Assembly: GCA_965657355.1 (NCBI GenBank)
Contig: CBFHOE010000001.1
Location: 575,705 to 594,323, forward strand
Origin: Limisphaerales bacterium
GTDB taxonomy: Bacteria; Verrucomicrobiota; Verrucomicrobiia; Limisphaerales; JAJOIW01
Length of the DNA: 18,619 nucleotides
Direction: 5' to 3'
In this document: piece by piece, positions 16,113-18,619 of the stretch
How positions within the stretch are numbered: the stretch's first letter is position 1
Layout: each line of letters begins with the position of its first letter
Notes under the pieces: model-generated
What the model saw: the letters and a program-made list of their open reading frames with translations, nothing else
What the model was told of the DNA's origin: nothing
Databases searched by the model: none
Made by a program: the position numbers and the translations under genes

Positions 16113-17546
16113 TTATTCTAAATTAAATGAAACCAGTGATGCTGAAGTCCTTACAATGACACTATTATGAGAAATAGCTGGTGTTGCAAAAACCGTTTCT
16201 TTTAGGTCAAGCTGTGAACGAATCTCGAATTGCCCTGAAGCTGCCAGCTCGGTGAGTATGCCCTGCTGGGAGATGAATAATATACGATTACCGACAGCAA
16301 TCGGAGAGGCATAATAATCGCCGATGGCACCCAAGCGCTCCTGTTGAAAAAAGACTTTTCCGGTGTGCTGGTCGAATGCTGAGACCATCCCCCCATTTTT
16401 AACAATATAAACTTTTTCTCGATAAACTATAGGTGATGGCACATATGGCAGGCCCTTATAAAACTTCCAGAGAATTGTAGGCTCTTTGGTGGCACCATTG
16501 GAGACATCAAGTGCCATCAATGTATTTTTTGAGTTTCTAAAAATATCTGATAAGGAATCGTATTCATTATTCGTAATAACACCGTCCTTATCGGCATCCA
16601 CGTATGGAAAATGTATTTTAGCCGGGGACCCAGGAGGAGCTTCATTTTTTGATAGTACTCCATCATTGTTGTTATCACCCTCTTGTAATAGCTCTGAAAA
16701 ATCTGGTATTCTTGACACTCCTACTCCGTAAGTCCAGGCCGCCAAGTAAAGTTTGTTTTTTGAAAATACCGGAGTGGAGCATGTTTCGTTTGGCAATCCT
16801 GCAACAGACCATAATTCAGAGCCTGTATCTAAGGAATAGTTCACTGCTCGCAATGTTCCCAGTACAAAAACTGATTTAATATTATTGGTATCTTTCCAAA
16901 TCAAGGGCGTGGAAAAACCTCTGCGAAATCCGTTTCTCTCAGCTCTCCATATCTTCTTTCCATTGTTTAAATCAAAGCAAAGAAGATGAGAGTTTAGGTC
17001 CTGATCAACGCAAAGAATGACTTTATTGTCGGCGATAATTGGTGAGGTCCCAGACCCGTGTTGAGTTATGGGGGTTGGAAGATCCTTTCGCCATTTTTCA
17101 TTTCCATGACGATCCAAACATACCAATCCAAATGAGCCTGAATAGGCAATAACATCTCCCGAATCACTAACAGCTACAGACGAGGCGGCAGGCGACCCAT
17201 TACGATGGCCCTTTTCTATTTTATTCGGATGAGTTTTCCAGTTCCATGAAGACCTTCCGTTATCTTTGTTGAAAGAACGAACGTAAAAATCTCCCCCCTC
17301 AAAAGTGGTGATAATAATAGAGTCTTCGGTTAAGACTGGCGATGAATGACCTCGTCCGACTTGTATGTGCCAATTAATGTTGTCCATGCTGAGAGGCTTG
17401 AGCGAAGTATGATGTTTATTTTCTATAAACCCCCTACCCTGATTTCCTCTGAACTGATTCCAGTTACTATCAGCATGCAAAAAATTACCGAGTGCTAAAA
17501 AGGTGCCAAACCAAATTATTCTAGTTGTGTCGGCCAATAATTGCAT
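16113..17546 (-). CDS. PQQ-binding-like (BamB-like) beta-propeller protein with inserted EF-hand pair
   Basis: Signal peptide-like N-terminus, then WNQFRG, GHSSPV, GTSPII, FSTPLI, YVPSPIV, YYASPI and FATPAI repeats with GxxxW blade motifs. EF-hand loops DNNNDGVLSKNE and DADKDGVITNNE. Start is ATG 17546 or TTG 17558. Confidence 0.88.
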   Translation of the reverse strand: MQLLADTTRIIWFGTFLALGNFLHADSNWNQFRGNQGRGFIENKHHTSLKPLSMDNINWHIQVGRGHSSPVLTEDSIIITTFEGGDFYVRSFNKDNGRSSWNWKTHPNKIEKGHRNGSPAASSVAVSDSGDVIAYSGSFGLVCLDRHGNEKWRKDLPTPITQHGSGTSPIIADNKVILCVDQDLNSHLLCFDLNNGKKIWRAERNGFRRGFSTPLIWKDTNNIKSVFVLGTLRAVNYSLDTGSELWSVAGLPNETCSTPVFSKNKLYLAAWTYGVGVSRIPDFSELLQEGDNNNDGVLSKNEAPPGSPAKIHFPYVDADKDGVITNNEYDSLSDIFRNSKNTLMALDVSNGATKEPTILWKFYKGLPYVPSPIVYREKVYIVKNGGMVSAFDQHTGKVFFQQERLGAIGDYYASPIAVGNRILFISQQGILTELAASGQFEIRSQLDLKETVFATPAISHNSVIVRTSASLVSFNLE

Positions 17547-17573
17547 TTTTCGCAACAAAAATATTGAGTGAGT

Positions 17574-18365
17574 TTAGTTTTTGGGAGCAAATCCTGTAGG
17601 TCTTGAGTTTTCTGACCCTCCTTCGTCTTCGTCCTCCACAACTTCTATTTCATACCCAAGTTTTTCCAATGTTTCTTTGGCCTTTTTCCCAGCAGGTGTA
17701 GCGGTGTGGTTAATGACAATCTCCTGCAATAATGAAATGGCTCGTTCCGAATTATTTAATTTTCCGGTATACAGATTGCACAAATGTATAGCCATCCAAC
17801 CCCACCTTTTTGAAGGCAGAGGCAGTTTTAATAAATCCTCATATTCTTGGGCTGCAGCTGCGTAGTTCTCTAGATCTTTCTCATAAATCTCCGCAATTCG
17901 CCTTGCAGCATAGACTTCTGACTTATTCTTATTATAGAAAGCCCTCATTAAGTCTATGGCCTCTAGGTAGTTACCGCTGACGCATGCTTCTTCTGCTCTC
18001 TCATATTCCTCACTGTTGAGTACTCCAGCATCTGTATTGTAGATCACATTGGTAGCCTTCTCTGCCGCTGCAGCGGCAATATCACGGGCAAAGAGGAATG
18101 CTGATAAAAGGCATAATAATGTGGAGGCCATAAATAAGCTTATCATCTTGGCCTGACTTCTTGATTTTTCCCCATTACTGGAAGAGCTATCGATTTTTTC
18201 CGAATGAATACCCTTGGATTCTTCGTCGGCCGCGATGTTCAATTCAGTCTCAAGTTGTTTGTTTGCAGTGAATCCTTTTTTGGATTCCTGATAACCCAAA
18301 AAGGCAGTGAGACAAGTGCCACTCAATAAAACGATGTAAAGAATAATTTTTAACAAGGGATTCAT
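17574..18365 (-). CDS. Membrane protein with C-terminal TPR-like repeats
   Basis: Two hydrophobic helices, then AARRIAEIYEKDLENYAAAAQEYE and LCNLYTGKLNNSERAISLLQEIV TPR-like units. Confidence 0.75.
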   Translation of the reverse strand: MNPLLKIILYIVLLSGTCLTAFLGYQESKKGFTANKQLETELNIAADEESKGIHSEKIDSSSSNGEKSRSQAKMISLFMASTLLCLLSAFLFARDIAAAAAEKATNVIYNTDAGVLNSEEYERAEEACVSGNYLEAIDLMRAFYNKNKSEVYAARRIAEIYEKDLENYAAAAQEYEDLLKLPLPSKRWGWMAIHLCNLYTGKLNNSERAISLLQEIVINHTATPAGKKAKETLEKLGYEIEVVEDEDEGGSENSRPTGFAPKN

Positions 18366-18402
18366 GACATTTTGTGAACTTATTCAAGGCCGCTCCATGG
18401 CC

Positions 18403-18618
18403 CTATATAAAGACTCCTATTATACTGGCAGTTAAGTAGCACGTTATCAGACCTCCCACCATTGATATCACCCCTAGCTTAGCCAAATCGGAACTTCTTT
18501 TAGGTGCGAGTTGCCCGATGCCACCAATCTGTATGGCAATACTGCCAAAATTAGCGAATCCACACAAGGCATAGGTCCCCAATATTCGCGCCCTATCCGA
18601 TATCTCATAATCCTCAGA
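18403..18618 (-). CDS. Concentrative nucleoside transporter (NupC/CNT family), 3' end only; truncated by the window edge
   Basis: Not in the ORF track. Manual translation gives ...ISDRARILGTYALCGFANFGSIAIQIGGIGQLAPKRSSDLAKLGVISMVGGLITCYLTASIIGVFI*, containing the CNT signature YALCGFANF.SI.IQIGG. TAG at 18405-18403. Confidence 0.92.
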   Translation of the reverse strand, partial: SEDYEISDRARILGTYALCGFANFGSIAIQIGGIGQLAPKRSSDLAKLGVISMVGGLITCYLTASIIGVFI

Positions 18619-18619
18619 G

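Noticed and set aside
910..17865. Numerous 60-153 aa antisense or nested ORFs in the ORF track (e.g. 910-1104, 3005-3199, 5037-5498, 11284-11667, 13797-14529, 16486-16879, 17581-17865)
   Set aside because: They lie within, opposite to or overlapping well-supported genes and show no domain signatures.
1..18619. Prophage, IS element, CRISPR array, tRNA or rRNA
   Set aside because: No integrase, transposase or phage structural genes, no regularly spaced repeats, and no tRNA or rRNA signatures were seen. The dimeric dUTPase alone is not evidence of phage.

Overview
AT-rich bacterial chromosomal window, mostly housekeeping genes. The gene families suggest a PVC/Verrucomicrobia-like organism (inference only). 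Gene order: cutC(-), divergent folP-like(+), RNase P RNA rnpB(-), coiled-coil/C4 zinc-ribbon protein(-), agmatine deiminase(+), a minus-strand run read exbB-exbD-tonB-like-small membrane zinc-ribbon-guaB3-like, dimeric dUTPase(+), secreted TPR-like protein(+), an in-frame HPRT-MoaD fusion(+), moaE(+), thiS(-), a 566-nt structured intergenic region, a DAACS Glu/Asp symporter with a 106-aa Arg-rich disordered tail(+), a SWIM zinc-finger/HEAT-like pair(-), a PQQ-like beta-propeller with EF-hands(-), a membrane TPR protein(-) and the 3' end of a NupC/CNT nucleoside transporter(-). No mobile element or CRISPR array was seen. Best leads: the purine phosphoribosyltransferase fused to a Gly-Gly-terminated sulfur carrier next to moaE/thiS, the transporter with an RNA-binding-like tail, and several proteins with altered canonical functional residues (GuaB3 Cys->Ser, ExbD Asp->Gly, FolP lacking SRK, HPRT Asp->Glu). 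All family calls come from motif recognition by eye; no searches were run.
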